Positions 1 through 11,586 are shown, counted from the first letter of the stretch. The stretch: 64,000 nucleotides of DNA from Candidatus Micrarchaeota archaeon (GCA_026413765.1 JAOAKI010000001.1:73085-137084); one strand, 5' to 3'. Numbers and translations are program-made. Notes: generated by a model not told the origin, from the sequence alone.

Positions 1-99
1 CAAGAGAAGGCAACTCAAAGTCAGGCAGAATCCGCCTCGCCTTTCAACCCGGCATTTGCAAATTTGAACAAAGAGATAGACAAGAGATATAAAAAGTAG
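1..99 (+). CDS. 3' end of a gene truncated by the window edge (by context possibly the pilus assembly ATPase)
   Basis: Frame 1 is open from base 1 (QEKATQSQAESASPFNPAFANLNKEIDKRYKK) to TAG at 97-99, just upstream of two TadC-like genes. The product is inferred from context only. Confidence 0.4.
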   Translation, partial: QEKATQSQAESASPFNPAFANLNKEIDKRYKK

Positions 100-125
100 T
101 GTTTTACAATATTGTGAGGTAGTGC

Positions 126-1046
126 ATGGCGCAGCCAAAATATGACGCAAAGGCAAAAAAAGTACACCAGCCACTCATCTCGCAGCCGTTGCGTGAATCA
201 GAAGGGCCTCAAGACCCAGTGCAGTTCCGGAACCTTTTCATTTCAATTGCGTCGTATTTTCCTGACTTAAGAAAAGATCTGATTCGCGCAGATATGAACT
301 ATACTCCGGCAGGATTCGTTCGGACTGCTTTGCTGAATGCATTTGGGATTACTGCAGTTCTTTTGCTGATTGTGTATTTGCTACTTCGCAATAGCGACTT
401 TTTGCTTTTGGCGTTAATTTTGGCCTTTCCAATCTTATTTTTGTTGTCATTTTTTTATGTCATGTATTTTCCGAAAGCCAAAGCTTCTATCAGGGCAAAA
501 AAAATAGAGCAGGAGCTTGTTTTTGCAGGCAGGCACATGCTCATTGAGCTGAAAAGCGGTGTTCCTCTTTTCGATGCTATGCTGGGCATTTCTCAAGACT
601 ACGGCGAAGTTTCTGTCGAATTCAACAAAATCGTTGAGAAAGTCACGCTTGGAGTGCCCATGGGGGTAGCACTCCACGAAGTTGCTGAAAATAATCCTTC
701 CGCTTACTTTAAGCGAGTCGTCTTGCAAATAGCAAACTCGCTTTCTTCTGGAGCAGACGTGGCAGTTGCGCTTGAAGCAGTTTTGGACCAAATCTCAAAA
801 GAGCAGATTATCGAGCTTAAGGCATATGGGCAGAAACTCAACCCTCTTGTGATGTTTTACATGATTTTTGGAATCATTCTCCCTTCGCTTGGGATCGCAT
901 TTCTCATAATCCTGGTGTCGTTTTTGGGGTCAGCAATCTCTTTTGGCCCCTCTGCGCTGTTCAGCTTTCTTCTTGCTCTTGCGCTAATCCAGTTCATCTT
1001 CCTTACTATGGTGGAATCCTCAAGACCAAAATTTGATATGGGGTAG
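126..1046 (+). CDS. Type II secretion system F / TadC-like pilus platform membrane protein
   Basis: TM helices flank the T2SSF core (ELKSGVPLFDAM...YGEVSVEFNKIV...SLSSGADVAVAL). Paired with a second T2SSF gene and a pilin. Confidence 0.88.
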   Translation: MAQPKYDAKAKKVHQPLISQPLRESEGPQDPVQFRNLFISIASYFPDLRKDLIRADMNYTPAGFVRTALLNAFGITAVLLLIVYLLLRNSDFLLLALILAFPILFLLSFFYVMYFPKAKASIRAKKIEQELVFAGRHMLIELKSGVPLFDAMLGISQDYGEVSVEFNKIVEKVTLGVPMGVALHEVAENNPSAYFKRVVLQIANSLSSGADVAVALEAVLDQISKEQIIELKAYGQKLNPLVMFYMIFGIILPSLGIAFLIILVSFLGSAISFGPSALFSFLLALALIQFIFLTMVESSRPKFDMG

Positions 1047-1049
1047 TCT

Positions 1050-2117
1050 ATGTCCAGCATGCTTTACGAGATGATAGGAAGAATCTTTTCGAGGGCGCAG
1101 ATGAAAAGATTAGGCGCGCTACTTGAATCAGCAGGCTTAAACTTTATTCCTGAAGCCTTTGCAGGCTTTCTTGTGGTCCTTTCATTCATCCTTTCTTTGC
1201 TAAGCTACATCTTGCTCATCTCATTTCCCCCAACAAAAGGCTTCCTTTTCAAATTGTCGTTCTTTATCTCTTATGACCTTGCAGTGCAGTCGCAATTGTT
1301 CGTCAACATTGTGTCAGCGATTTTCTCAACCACTCTCTCAGTTGGTCTTTTGCTTTTGTTTGTCTATGTTTTTCTCTTGTTGCGCGCAGAAAAAAGGAAG
1401 AGGGAAGTGGAAAGCGTGTTGCCAGAGTTTCTTTCACTTGCCGCTTCTAACGTTCGTGCTGGGATGACAGTTGATCAAGCCCTATGGTATGCGGCAAAGC
1501 CAGAGTTCGGAATCCTCTCGCAGGAAGTTTCAATCCTTGCCAAAAAAACATTTGGCGGGATGCCATTCAACCAGTCGATTGACTATCTTTCGGAAAGGTT
1601 CAATTCAAAATCGATAAGGCGCGTTGTAGCTCTGATCAAGCAAGGCATAGCATCTGGCGGCCAGATGGCAGAGATTCTGGAAAGAACCGCGGAAGATTCC
1701 AGGCAAATGCAAGTCATTCAAAAAGAGATTGCCGCTTCATTGCTCATGTACACTATTTTCATACTTTTTGCCGGTGCGCTGGGTGCCCCATTTCTTTTTG
1801 CGGTGGCAGGAAAGCTGATAGGCATCTTGGAAGGGGTGTTTGCTGTCTTGCCTTCTTCCTCTTCAGTTACCAATCTGGTGCGCACTCCATTCTTTGTCGT
1901 TTCGCCCTCATCAATCTCTTCCTCTGACTTTTTTGTTTTTGCTATTCTTTCCTGCGCAATAACTTCGGTTTTTTCCTCACTTATAATTGGCGTAATCTCC
2001 AAAGGAAGCAAGAAGGAGGGAATCTCATATATTCCATTTATATTGTTTGTCTCGCTAACAGTCTTTTATATAGTCAGCGGGGCGCTTGATAGCGTCCTTT
2101 CAAACTTGTATCTATGA
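1050..2117 (+). CDS. Type II secretion system F / TadC-like pilus platform membrane protein
   Basis: LPEFLSLAASNVRAGMTVDQAL...FGILSQE...SGGQMAEILE T2SSF motif plus several TM helices. Confidence 0.9.
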   Translation: MSSMLYEMIGRIFSRAQMKRLGALLESAGLNFIPEAFAGFLVVLSFILSLLSYILLISFPPTKGFLFKLSFFISYDLAVQSQLFVNIVSAIFSTTLSVGLLLLFVYVFLLLRAEKRKREVESVLPEFLSLAASNVRAGMTVDQALWYAAKPEFGILSQEVSILAKKTFGGMPFNQSIDYLSERFNSKSIRRVVALIKQGIASGGQMAEILERTAEDSRQMQVIQKEIAASLLMYTIFILFAGALGAPFLFAVAGKLIGILEGVFAVLPSSSSVTNLVRTPFFVVSPSSISSSDFFVFAILSCAITSVFSSLIIGVISKGSKKEGISYIPFILFVSLTVFYIVSGALDSVLSNLYL

Positions 2118-2126
2118 GGTGGTGCA

Positions 2127-2660
2127 ATGAAAAAGAGCAAAGGCCAAGCGGCGATGGAATATTTGATGACTTATGGATGGGCGCTGTTAGTGATTGTAGT
2201 TGTTATCGCAATCCTGCTCATTATAAATCCTCTTCAGCCTCCAACAGGCTGCAGGTTTGATAGCCTTGGGTTTCTTTGCAGCGAACCGCTTGTCACTTCA
2301 AGCGGCAAGCTTTACCTGAAAATCACAAACGCAAACCAAAACAATATCTTGATTTATGGAATGAATTGCACCACTAACCGCGCGCCTTCTCCACCTTCAT
2401 TTTCTCCACCTTCCAGCCCGATCAGGACTCTCCAAAGGCAAGAGCAGTATGAGTTCAACATCACATGCGTGGATGCAAACGGTGTTGCAGTCACTCCTTC
2501 TGCGGGCTCGGATTTTGCAGCAAAACTGTGGATATTCTACAAAAACCAAGAGGACGGAGCGTCATACCCCGTGCGCTCAATCAGCGCAAACATAGTCTCA
2601 AAAGTTGTCTCAGCCCCTGGCAGCAGCACTTCCTCTCCCTCGCCAACGCAAACGTCCTGA
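2127..2660 (+). CDS. Archaeal type IV pilin-like protein (class III signal peptide)
   Basis: MKKSKG/QAAMEYLMTYGWALLVIVVVIAILLII prepilin cleavage motif with E at +5 and a hydrophobic helix. SD GAGGTG upstream. Confidence 0.85.
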   Translation: MKKSKGQAAMEYLMTYGWALLVIVVVIAILLIINPLQPPTGCRFDSLGFLCSEPLVTSSGKLYLKITNANQNNILIYGMNCTTNRAPSPPSFSPPSSPIRTLQRQEQYEFNITCVDANGVAVTPSAGSDFAAKLWIFYKNQEDGASYPVRSISANIVSKVVSAPGSSTSSPSPTQTS

Positions 2661-2693
2661 AAACAGTCCTGATCTGAATTTTTTGTGGTGCGC

Positions 2694-4103
2694 ATGCGGA
2701 TAGAAGAGGACTTCATAGGCAAAGTCGAGGTTCCAGAAGATGCCTATTTTGGGATTTTCACTGTCCGGGCAGCAGAGAATTTCAGGATTTCGCAATCAAA
2801 ACCGCATCCAGACTTTATCAGAATGCTTGCGCTGGTCAAAAAAAGCTGTGCGCAGGCAAATGTCAAATTGGGGCAGCTGGATGCCAAAATTGGAAATGCA
2901 ATCATCCAGGCTTCAGACGAAGTTGCGCAAGGAAAGCACGACAACCAGTTCATCCTTGACTCATATACGGCAGGGGCAGGCACTCCCTTCAACATGAATA
3001 TGAATGAGGTCATTGCAAATAGGGCAGAAGAGTTGCTTGGAGGCAAAAAGGGTCAATACAAATTAGTGCATCCGAACAACCACGTCAACATGTCGCAGTC
3101 TTCAAATGACGTCATCCCAACCGCTATCCGCCTTGTCCTTTTGCATCAGTCAGCCCAACTGCTTTCTGCGGCAACTCGCCTTGCGGATGCACTGGAATCA
3201 AAAGAAAAAGAATTCTCAAAAATCGTGAAAGTCGGAAGAACCCATCTTATGGATGCGGTGCCGCTTACAGTGGCAGATGAGCTTTCTGCCTTTTCCTCTT
3301 CAGTCAAAAAAGACATTTTGCATATCGGCCGCGCCCGGTCGCTGCTTTCAGAGCTTCCTATAGGCGCAACCGCGCTTGGCTCGGGCATCAATACCCACCC
3401 TGCCTACAAAAGGACAGTGGTTGCTCAGATAAGGAAGAATACCGGCTTGAAAGTCAAAGAAGGGAGGAATCTTTTCAGGCTAGTTTCTTCTGCGTCTGAT
3501 TTTTTTGCCTATTCTTGCGCTCTCTCAAGCCTTGCACTTTCCATCCACAAACTCTCATCCGACTTGAAACTTCTTTCTTCAGGCCCAAACACGATGGTAG
3601 GGGAGTATGTCTTGCCTGAAGTTGAGCCAGGCTCTTCAATCATGCCAGGCAAAATCAATCCTTCTATACCAGAATGCGCAGAAATGATTGCCAACAGGGT
3701 TTTTGGCTTGCACCATTCAGTCCAGCTTGCTTGCGCTGGAGGGCAGCTGCAGCTGAACGTCCAGACTCCGCTGATTCTGCATTGCCTTTCAGAGGCAACT
3801 CTTATTCTTAGCACAGGCTGCAGCATGCTTTCTGAGAAATGCATAATTGGCATGAAACTGAACACCGAAAGAATAAGGCAGCACCTTGATGCCTCGCTTA
3901 TCACGATAACTGCCCTCTCACCTTATTTTGGTTACTCTCTGCTCAGCAACTTGGTCAAAAAAGCGCAAAACGAAGGCAAGAGCTTAAAAGAGATCGTCAT
4001 TCAGGAAGGCTTGCTTTCTGAAGCAGAATTTGAGAAGCTTCTTGCGCCATCAAGGTTAGTGAGGCCTTCGCTTAAGCTCAGGCTCAAAAGAGACAAAAAA
4101 TGA
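2694..4103 (+). CDS. Class II fumarate hydratase / aspartate ammonia-lyase family
   Basis: HPNNHVNMSQSSNDVIPTA, KVGRTHLMDAVP and the GSSIMPGKINP signature. FumC versus AspA cannot be resolved by eye. Confidence 0.9.
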   Translation: MRIEEDFIGKVEVPEDAYFGIFTVRAAENFRISQSKPHPDFIRMLALVKKSCAQANVKLGQLDAKIGNAIIQASDEVAQGKHDNQFILDSYTAGAGTPFNMNMNEVIANRAEELLGGKKGQYKLVHPNNHVNMSQSSNDVIPTAIRLVLLHQSAQLLSAATRLADALESKEKEFSKIVKVGRTHLMDAVPLTVADELSAFSSSVKKDILHIGRARSLLSELPIGATALGSGINTHPAYKRTVVAQIRKNTGLKVKEGRNLFRLVSSASDFFAYSCALSSLALSIHKLSSDLKLLSSGPNTMVGEYVLPEVEPGSSIMPGKINPSIPECAEMIANRVFGLHHSVQLACAGGQLQLNVQTPLILHCLSEATLILSTGCSMLSEKCIIGMKLNTERIRQHLDASLITITALSPYFGYSLLSNLVKKAQNEGKSLKEIVIQEGLLSEAEFEKLLAPSRLVRPSLKLRLKRDKK

Positions 4104-4139
4104 GCTGCCCATTGCATCACCCACTATTCTTTTAAAATC

Positions 4140-4175
4140 TCTCCTTTTCAATAGGTGCGTAAATTGAAAAGGAGA
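4140..4175. promoter_or_regulatory. Perfect 13-bp inverted repeat between the fumarase-family gene and psmA (terminator or operator)
   Basis: TCTCCTTTTCAAT-N10-ATTGAAAAGGAGA, directly after a TTTTAAAA TATA-like box. Confidence 0.55.
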
Positions 4176-4205
4176 CTTCTTTGTCTTCTGATAAGAGGTG
4201 GATGA

Positions 4206-4913
4206 ATGTATCCTCCACAACAGCAGGCATATGACCGGGCAATTACAGTTTTTTCACCTGATGGGAGGCTCTTCCAGGTAGAATACGCAAAAGAAGCAGT
4301 CAAAAGGGGAGCTACTGCAATCGGCATGATTTTTGATGGCGGAGTTTTGCTTGTCGCATACAAGAACGCGCCCTCCAAGCTTTTAGTTCCAGAATCAATG
4401 AAAAAAATATTCGAGATTGACCGTCACATAGCAGCAACTGCCTCGGGCTTGATTGCGGACGCAAGGCGTCTGGTGGATATTGCCCGCCTTGAAGCGCAAA
4501 GGCATCGCCTGGCTTACTCTGAGCCCGCCTCAGTCGAAACAATCGCAAAAGAGCTTTGCGACCTCATGCAGGTATATACGCAGTATGGCGGAATTCGCCC
4601 ATTTGGCGTTTCGCTTCTGATAGCAGGAATTGACAGCGCGCCGCGGCTGTATGAAGCAGAGCCTTCAGGCGCGCTGACTGGGTATCTTGCAGACGCGGTC
4701 GGGGCAGGCAAGAAAGAAGTCGAGGAGTTTTTTGAGAAAGAATACAGGGAAAACCTCTCTCAGGATGAGGCAATCTCCCTTGCGATAAAAGCCCTCAAAA
4801 AGTCCGGAGACCTTTCGATAAAGCCTGAGACAGTCGAAATAGCGCTGGCTACAGTCAAAAAGAAAGATTTCGTTCTCCTGTCGCAAAAGGAAGTCGAGAA
4901 ATATCTCAAATGA
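4206..4913 (+). CDS. psmA: Proteasome alpha subunit
   Basis: YDRAITVFSPDGRLFQVEYA signature; RPFGVSLLIAG. Confidence 0.98.
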   Translation: MYPPQQQAYDRAITVFSPDGRLFQVEYAKEAVKRGATAIGMIFDGGVLLVAYKNAPSKLLVPESMKKIFEIDRHIAATASGLIADARRLVDIARLEAQRHRLAYSEPASVETIAKELCDLMQVYTQYGGIRPFGVSLLIAGIDSAPRLYEAEPSGALTGYLADAVGAGKKEVEEFFEKEYRENLSQDEAISLAIKALKKSGDLSIKPETVEIALATVKKKDFVLLSQKEVEKYLK

Positions 4914-4922
4914 GGAAGGAAG

Positions 4923-5615
4923 ATGTCCAGCCTGGATAAATCTGTTCTTGCCCATATCGATATAGGCGGCGAAAGGTACGAAATTGTCGTAGACCCTGAT
5001 TTGGCTTACCTTTACAAGGTCGGGCAAAAAAAAGAGCTAGCCAATGTCTTGACGGTCGAGGAGGTGTTCAAAAATTTCAGGAAAGGCGAGCGGCACACTT
5101 CTTCAGCTTTGCAGAAAGCTTTTGGCACCACCGACCTTTATCAGATTGCAGACAGGATACTAAAAAATGGCGAAATCCAGCTTACCGTGGAGCAGCGCCG
5201 CAAAATGCTTGAGGAAAAGAAAAAGCAAATCATAGCTATCATCGCCCGCCAAGCGATTGACCCGCGAACAGGCGCTCCGCATACTCAACTTCGCATCCAG
5301 CAGGCGTTGGAGGAGGCGAAAGTCCATATTGACGCTTTCAAAGACGCAACCGAGCAGATAGATGAGGTAATAAAGGCATTGAGGCCAATTATCCCGCTTA
5401 AGTTTGAGCAAGTCAAAATCGCAGTCAAAGTCCCGCCCCAATTTTCCCAAAAAATTTACGGAACACTTAAAAGCTATGGGATTCAAAAAGAAGAATGGGC
5501 AAATGATGGGAGCCTAATTGTCGTAATTGAGATGCCTGCAGGTATGCAAGGAGAGTTTTACGAACGCCTCAATAGACTGACTGCAGGCAGCGCGGAAACA
5601 AAACTGATAAAGTGA
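4923..5615 (+). CDS. sdo1: Ribosome maturation factor SBDS/Sdo1
   Basis: [26 protein letters not shown]. Conserved position after psmA. Confidence 0.96.
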   Translation: MSSLDKSVLAHIDIGGERYEIVVDPDLAYLYKVGQKKELANVLTVEEVFKNFRKGERHTSSALQKAFGTTDLYQIADRILKNGEIQLTVEQRRKMLEEKKKQIIAIIARQAIDPRTGAPHTQLRIQQALEEAKVHIDAFKDATEQIDEVIKALRPIIPLKFEQVKIAVKVPPQFSQKIYGTLKSYGIQKEEWANDGSLIVVIEMPAGMQGEFYERLNRLTAGSAETKLIK

Positions 5616-6223
5616 AATTTATGGTAGAAGGGAAAATTGTCATGCCCGGTGAGCTCATTTCTGAACGAGAGGAGCACATAAGCTATGCTTATGTTGAAAA
5701 AGGCAAAACCTATTCAACGGTGGTCGGGCTCTATTCAAACGGAAAAATTGTCCCTCTTGAAGGGCCCTATGACCCTCTGGCCGAAGATACAGTCGTAGGG
5801 GTCATAACTGAAATCAAGTTCGCAGGCTACAGCGTGGATATCAATTATGCCTTCCCTGCTTTTCTTTCTAACCGAGAATCGAAAGAAAAGCTTGCGCTGG
5901 GCGATGCGATCATTGCGAAAGTGCTTTCGGTCAATGAAGTCAAGGATGTCGAGCTGTTTGAGGCAAAAAGGCTTCCAGCTGGCAGCCTAGTGCGCGTCTC
6001 CCCAGTCAAGGTACCTCGCATCATAGGAAAAAGGAATTCGATGATCGACATGCTCCAGTCATCAACTGGCTGCCAAATCTTCGTAGGTAGGAACGGCTAT
6101 GTTTGGATAAGCGGGAAAGGCAATGACATTCTTGCAGAGAAGGCTCTGCGCATAATTGAAGTGCAAGCACACACACAAGGGCTTACCGATAGGGTGGCTG
6201 CATTTTTGAGAGAACACAGGTGA
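5612..6223 (+). CDS. rrp4: Exosome RNA-binding subunit Rrp4
   Basis: S1 + KH architecture, [12 protein letters not shown] and GRNGYVWI; synteny. Confidence 0.93.
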   Translation: MKFMVEGKIVMPGELISEREEHISYAYVEKGKTYSTVVGLYSNGKIVPLEGPYDPLAEDTVVGVITEIKFAGYSVDINYAFPAFLSNRESKEKLALGDAIIAKVLSVNEVKDVELFEAKRLPAGSLVRVSPVKVPRIIGKRNSMIDMLQSSTGCQIFVGRNGYVWISGKGNDILAEKALRIIEVQAHTQGLTDRVAAFLREHR

Positions 6224-6234
6224 GTGGTGGTATC

Positions 6235-6981
6235 ATGGCAGATTCTGCTCCGAAATTGCTTGTTGATGGAAAGCGTATTGACGGCAGGGCGTTGGACGAG
6301 CTGCGGCCTATTAAGATAGTTGCAAGAGTCTTAAATGATGCAGAAGGCTCTGCTTACATTGAATGGGGAAAGAACAAAATATTGGCAGGGGTTTATGGTC
6401 CTTCTGAGTGCATTCCAAAGCACGACCAATCGCTCTATCGCTCAATCATCAAATTCCGCTACAACATGGCGCCTTTCTCTGGGCTTGAAGAGCACGGCAA
6501 AAGCGGACCAAGCAGAAGAAGCAGGGAGCTTTCAAAAGTTCTCAAGGAAGCATTCGAAAACATCATCATCTCTGAAAGCTTCCCAAAGACGCAGATAGAA
6601 ATTTACGTTGAAGTCCTGCAGTCTGATGGAGGGACAAGATGCGCCGCATTGACTGCTGCGGCGGTGGCTCTTGCAGACGCAGGAATACCTATGAAAGATC
6701 TCCCTTGCGCGGTTGCAATATGCAAAATCGACGGCCATATGGCAATAGACCCGGGGAAAGAAGAGGACAATTATGGGGAATCAGACATGCCAGTTGCCTT
6801 CGCAATGAGGAATGGCGACATACTGCTTTTCCAGATGGACGGTATGCTCACTCACGAGGAGTTAGTACAAGGGCTGCAGATGGCCAAAAAGGCAGCTGAA
6901 AAAATACACAAAATCCAGATAGACGCAATCCGCAAAGTGTATGATGAGCCCAAAGAAGAAAGATTATTGCTAATCAAGTGA
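6235..6981 (+). CDS. rrp41: Exosome catalytic subunit Rrp41
   Basis: RIDGRALDELRPI, YNMAPFS and DGGTRCA RNase PH motifs. Confidence 0.97.
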   Translation: MADSAPKLLVDGKRIDGRALDELRPIKIVARVLNDAEGSAYIEWGKNKILAGVYGPSECIPKHDQSLYRSIIKFRYNMAPFSGLEEHGKSGPSRRSRELSKVLKEAFENIIISESFPKTQIEIYVEVLQSDGGTRCAALTAAAVALADAGIPMKDLPCAVAICKIDGHMAIDPGKEEDNYGESDMPVAFAMRNGDILLFQMDGMLTHEELVQGLQMAKKAAEKIHKIQIDAIRKVYDEPKEERLLLIK

Positions 6982-6985
6982 TTTT

Positions 6986-7762
6986 ATGGAAATAATAGAT
7001 GAAATAAAAAAAGACATGCTCTTTTCTTTCTTGAGCAAGGGCAGGAGAGCAGACGGCAGAGGAATGATGGACTTCCGCAAGATCGTTGTGCAGCCCTCTC
7101 CTTTGCAGAACGCAGAAGGGTCCTCGCTTGTTGCAATTGGCAAAACGCAAGTAATAGTCGGCATAAAATTTGACATTGCTGCGCCATTTCCAGACAAGCC
7201 AGATGAAGGGATACTTTCCACCTCTGCAGATCTTCTTCCGCTTGCATCTTCTATGTTTGAGGCAGGTCCGCCCTCTGACGAGTCCATAGAGCTTGCAAGG
7301 GTTGTGGACAGAGGAATCCGCAGCGCAAACACGATCGACCTGAAGTCATTCTTCATTGAGGAAGGAAAAGTGCTTGCGCTCTATATCGACATCTATGTTT
7401 TGGACCACGATGGGAACATGTTTGATGCCTCTGCCCTTGCTGCCATGCAGGCGCTTCTTTGCACTCGCCTACCAAAGATTGAGGACGGCAAAATCGTTCG
7501 AGGCGAGTATGCTGGCAAGCTGCCGACAAAGGACAAGGTCGTCAGCTGCACTTTCGGAAAGCTTGGCGATAAGGTTTTTATAGATCCTTCTTTAGATGAG
7601 GAGCGCGGAATGGACTGCAGAATAACTTTCGCAACCACTCCTACCCATATTTGCGCAGGGCAAAAAGGCGGGTGGGGGGCATTCTCTTATAAAGATATTG
7701 TTGAACTTTCAGAGCTTGCGATAAAAAAAGGAGACGAGCTTCGTTCGTTGCTTCGTGATTAG
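6986..7762 (+). CDS. rrp42: Exosome subunit Rrp42
   Basis: RADGRG, FEAGPPS..IELARVVDRGIR, DHDGNMFDA. Confidence 0.97.
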   Translation: MEIIDEIKKDMLFSFLSKGRRADGRGMMDFRKIVVQPSPLQNAEGSSLVAIGKTQVIVGIKFDIAAPFPDKPDEGILSTSADLLPLASSMFEAGPPSDESIELARVVDRGIRSANTIDLKSFFIEEGKVLALYIDIYVLDHDGNMFDASALAAMQALLCTRLPKIEDGKIVRGEYAGKLPTKDKVVSCTFGKLGDKVFIDPSLDEERGMDCRITFATTPTHICAGQKGGWGAFSYKDIVELSELAIKKGDELRSLLRD

Positions 7763-7773
7763 TTGGTGGTTGA

Positions 7774-8013
7774 ATGGCAGACAAAAACGTCCGCTATGGG
7801 GCTGAGATAAGGAAGCAAGCAGCCAAAATCGATGCACTAAAATCGTCCTCTTTCATCTGCCCCAAATGCGGCAAAAAAAAGGTAAAACGCAAAGGCAATT
7901 CCTTATGGGCTTGCCGCTCTTGCAACGCAGTTTTTGCAGGAGGGACCTATTCGCTTTCAACTCCTGCTGGAGAAGTCGCGATGCGTCTGATAGAAGAATA
8001 CAAAAAGAGGTAA
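7774..8013 (+). CDS. rpl37ae: 50S ribosomal protein L37Ae (eL43)
   Basis: RYGAEIRK, CPKC...WACRSC zinc ribbon, FAGGTY; synteny. Confidence 0.95.
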   Translation: MADKNVRYGAEIRKQAAKIDALKSSSFICPKCGKKKVKRKGNSLWACRSCNAVFAGGTYSLSTPAGEVAMRLIEEYKKR

Positions 8014-8018
8014 TTTGA

Positions 8019-8150
8019 ATGTACGTTTGTCCAAAATGCAACAAAAAAATAGCCTCTCTTGACACCAAATTCACGAGGTGCCCATATTGCGGGCATCGCG
8101 TGCTCTATAAAGACCGGCAGCCAGTTGCAAGGGAAGTGTCCACTGATTAG
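8019..8150 (+). CDS. rpoP: DNA-directed RNA polymerase subunit P (Rpo12); absent from the ORF track
   Basis: Hand translation MYVCPKCNKKIASLDTKFTRCPYCGHRVLYKDRQPVAREVSTD* gives a CxxC...CPYCG-R-LYK zinc ribbon in the canonical slot between L37Ae and Brix. Confidence 0.92.
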   Translation: MYVCPKCNKKIASLDTKFTRCPYCGHRVLYKDRQPVAREVSTD

Positions 8151-8157
8151 TGGTGGG

Positions 8158-8610
8158 ATGCTTTTTACGACCTCCAAGGCCAAGTCATTGCTTGCAAGGC
8201 AGATTGCATTGGCTTTTGCATGCGCAACTCCGAATGCAAAATTTTTTGGGAGAGGCAAAAGGTCGCTTGAGAGGCTTGCAAAGCATGCCTCCAAAAGAGG
8301 AATCGAAAGAATCTGTGTGGTTTCCCCAGCTGCGCTTATCTTCTTTGCGATAAAGGATAAATTGCCTGTTATGCTGCTTCCAAGAATCCTTATCAAAAAA
8401 ATAACTGTCCGTCCACCGCATTTTCGCAAGCTTGCGCAAGCCTCAAGGCTTTCTTTCTCAGGAAAGAATGCCGCAATTTTTCGAAGACTTTTTGGGAAGG
8501 TTCTGCCTTCCGAGAGCGGCTGGCGTTATATTCTTTGCGCAAGCAATCGCCTCTGCCTGAAATTGAATGGCAAAAAAGTCATGGAGCTGGTGGTTGGGTA
8601 TGAAAAGTAA
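8158..8610 (+). CDS. Brix/Imp4-like ribosome biogenesis protein (divergent)
   Basis: MLFTTSK...RGKRSLERL N-terminal Brix pattern and synteny. Start moved to ATG 8158, after rpoP. Confidence 0.7.
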   Translation: MLFTTSKAKSLLARQIALAFACATPNAKFFGRGKRSLERLAKHASKRGIERICVVSPAALIFFAIKDKLPVMLLPRILIKKITVRPPHFRKLAQASRLSFSGKNAAIFRRLFGKVLPSESGWRYILCASNRLCLKLNGKKVMELVVGYEK

Positions 8611-8851
8611 AAATTATAGCTGCACTGCCAGGCTTACATTCCTTTTCGGCACGCAGCGCTTGCTGAAGGCAGCATACGACAGCCTCAGCGCAGAAGCAAG
8701 CTATTCTCACCGTGGAAAGTCCAAAATTTCTGCCAAGGACGGAAAGCTTGTCATAACTATATTTGCTGAAGACCCAACAAGCCTAAAAGCCTCGCTAAAC
8801 TCTTATCTTCGCCTCATGCAAATGATTAAAACACTTCAGCAAGAAGTTTAG
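8600..8851 (+). CDS. pcc1: KEOPS complex subunit Pcc1
   Basis: AEDPTSLKASLNSYLRL matches the Pcc1 C-terminal motif; lies before prefoldin beta. Confidence 0.85.
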   Translation: MKSKNYSCTARLTFLFGTQRLLKAAYDSLSAEASYSHRGKSKISAKDGKLVITIFAEDPTSLKASLNSYLRLMQMIKTLQQEV

Positions 8852-8871
8852 TTGTTAGGAGGGAGAGGTAT

Positions 8872-9231
8872 ATGGCACAACCGCTTAGAAACCCTGAAGA
8901 ATTACAAAAAAACTTGGAAGAATTCCAAGAGCTTTCAAGGCAAGTCCAAGTGATGGCTGCCCAAAGGCAACAGCTTTCCTTCCAAGTCGAAGAGCTCAAA
9001 ATAGCAGAAGAGATCATCTCAAAATCAACAAAAGAGACAATCTACCGAGCCATTGGGCCTATTTTGATTGAGACCTCCAAGTCAGATGCGCTTGCGGATA
9101 TCAATGAGAGAAAAGAGCTCTATGACCTTCGCATAGGGATGCTGCTTAAGCAAGAAGAAAAGCTGCGCCCGCGCATCGAGGAGCTTCGCAGCGAGCTTGA
9201 GAAAGCCCTCAAGGAATCTCGCCAAAAGTGA
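8872..9231 (+). CDS. pfdB: Prefoldin beta subunit
   Basis: Coiled coil with YRAIGPILIE hairpin; synteny. Confidence 0.93.
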   Translation: MAQPLRNPEELQKNLEEFQELSRQVQVMAAQRQQLSFQVEELKIAEEIISKSTKETIYRAIGPILIETSKSDALADINERKELYDLRIGMLLKQEEKLRPRIEELRSELEKALKESRQK

Positions 9232-10208
9232 AAGCGATGCAGCCGCGCGCTTTTTCCAGACTGCTTGCACCATTCAAAAGAAGCAGAACGATCATTACTT
9301 TTCATTCTTTAGGCGATTTGGATGCGGTGGGGGCGGCAATCGCGCTTTCAAGGTTTCTGGGAAAAAGCTCGATAATTGCGCCGCCTGATGCTCCTTCTTC
9401 TTCAGCCCGTCGCCTTATTGACTATCTGCAGCTGCAATATGTCTTTTTCGACCAGCTTAGTCTGACCCCCAAAGACAAGATTATCGTGTTGGATAGTGCT
9501 TCTTTATCAATCGCCCCGCATCTTAAAGACAAAACAGTGGATCTGTCAATCGACCATCATTCCTCTTCTGGCATTCGTGCCAAAAAAAGAATTAGCGACC
9601 CCTCAGCCTCTTCAACATGCGAGCTTCTCTACTTTCTTTTGAAACCAACAGACAAAGTTTCAGCTCTCGCATTGCTTTTGGGAATAATATCTGACAGCGC
9701 AGGATTCCAGAATGCCAGCAGCAAAACATTCGAAGCAGTCTCCTGCCTAGTGGCAAGCTGTGGACTTTCTTATTCAGTAGTCCAGCAGCTTGCGCATGCC
9801 CCACAATCATTCTCTGAAAGAATCGAAGCCCTTCGCTCTTGCCAGACAGTTTCGGCAGACAAAATAGGCCAGCATATAATTGCCACTGCAGTGGCAAAAA
9901 GCCATGAGGCGCACTTTGCAGACCTTTTGGTGAGTATGGGTGCAGATTTGGCGTTTGTTGGATGTATTGGACATGATGGCAGAATATGCGCAAGAATGCG
10001 CGACTCGCTCAAAGGCAAAATTCACCTCGGCCAGCTCATGGCGGAAGCTGCAAAAGTCCTGGAAGGCTCAAGTGGCGGGCATGAGTTTGCGGCAGCAGCT
10101 TCAGGAAAAAGGGAGAATGTGAAAGATGCCCTCAGCGTCTGCTTGAAGCTGGCAGAACAGCAGCTGCTTTCTTTTGAGGATGCAAAAATAAAGAAAATCG
10201 AGTGGTAG
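9228..10208 (+). CDS. DHH/DHHA1 family phosphoesterase
   Basis: HSLGDLDAVGA, IDHH, GIISDS and GGH motifs. Confidence 0.9.
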   Translation: MKAMQPRAFSRLLAPFKRSRTIITFHSLGDLDAVGAAIALSRFLGKSSIIAPPDAPSSSARRLIDYLQLQYVFFDQLSLTPKDKIIVLDSASLSIAPHLKDKTVDLSIDHHSSSGIRAKKRISDPSASSTCELLYFLLKPTDKVSALALLLGIISDSAGFQNASSKTFEAVSCLVASCGLSYSVVQQLAHAPQSFSERIEALRSCQTVSADKIGQHIIATAVAKSHEAHFADLLVSMGADLAFVGCIGHDGRICARMRDSLKGKIHLGQLMAEAAKVLEGSSGGHEFAAAASGKRENVKDALSVCLKLAEQQLLSFEDAKIKKIEW

Positions 10209-10268
10209 GCTGCGGAATGCTGGAAAAGCAATTTTAAGCTTCGTTGGGATGAAGCTTGGGGGGTTTGA

Positions 10269-11579
<1,311 letters not shown>

Positions 11580-11586
11580 GTTATTT

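Noticed and set aside
8059-8157. N-terminal extension of the 183-aa ORF in the track
   Set aside because: It overlaps the real rpoP gene (8019-8150) in another frame. The Brix-like protein starts at ATG 8158.
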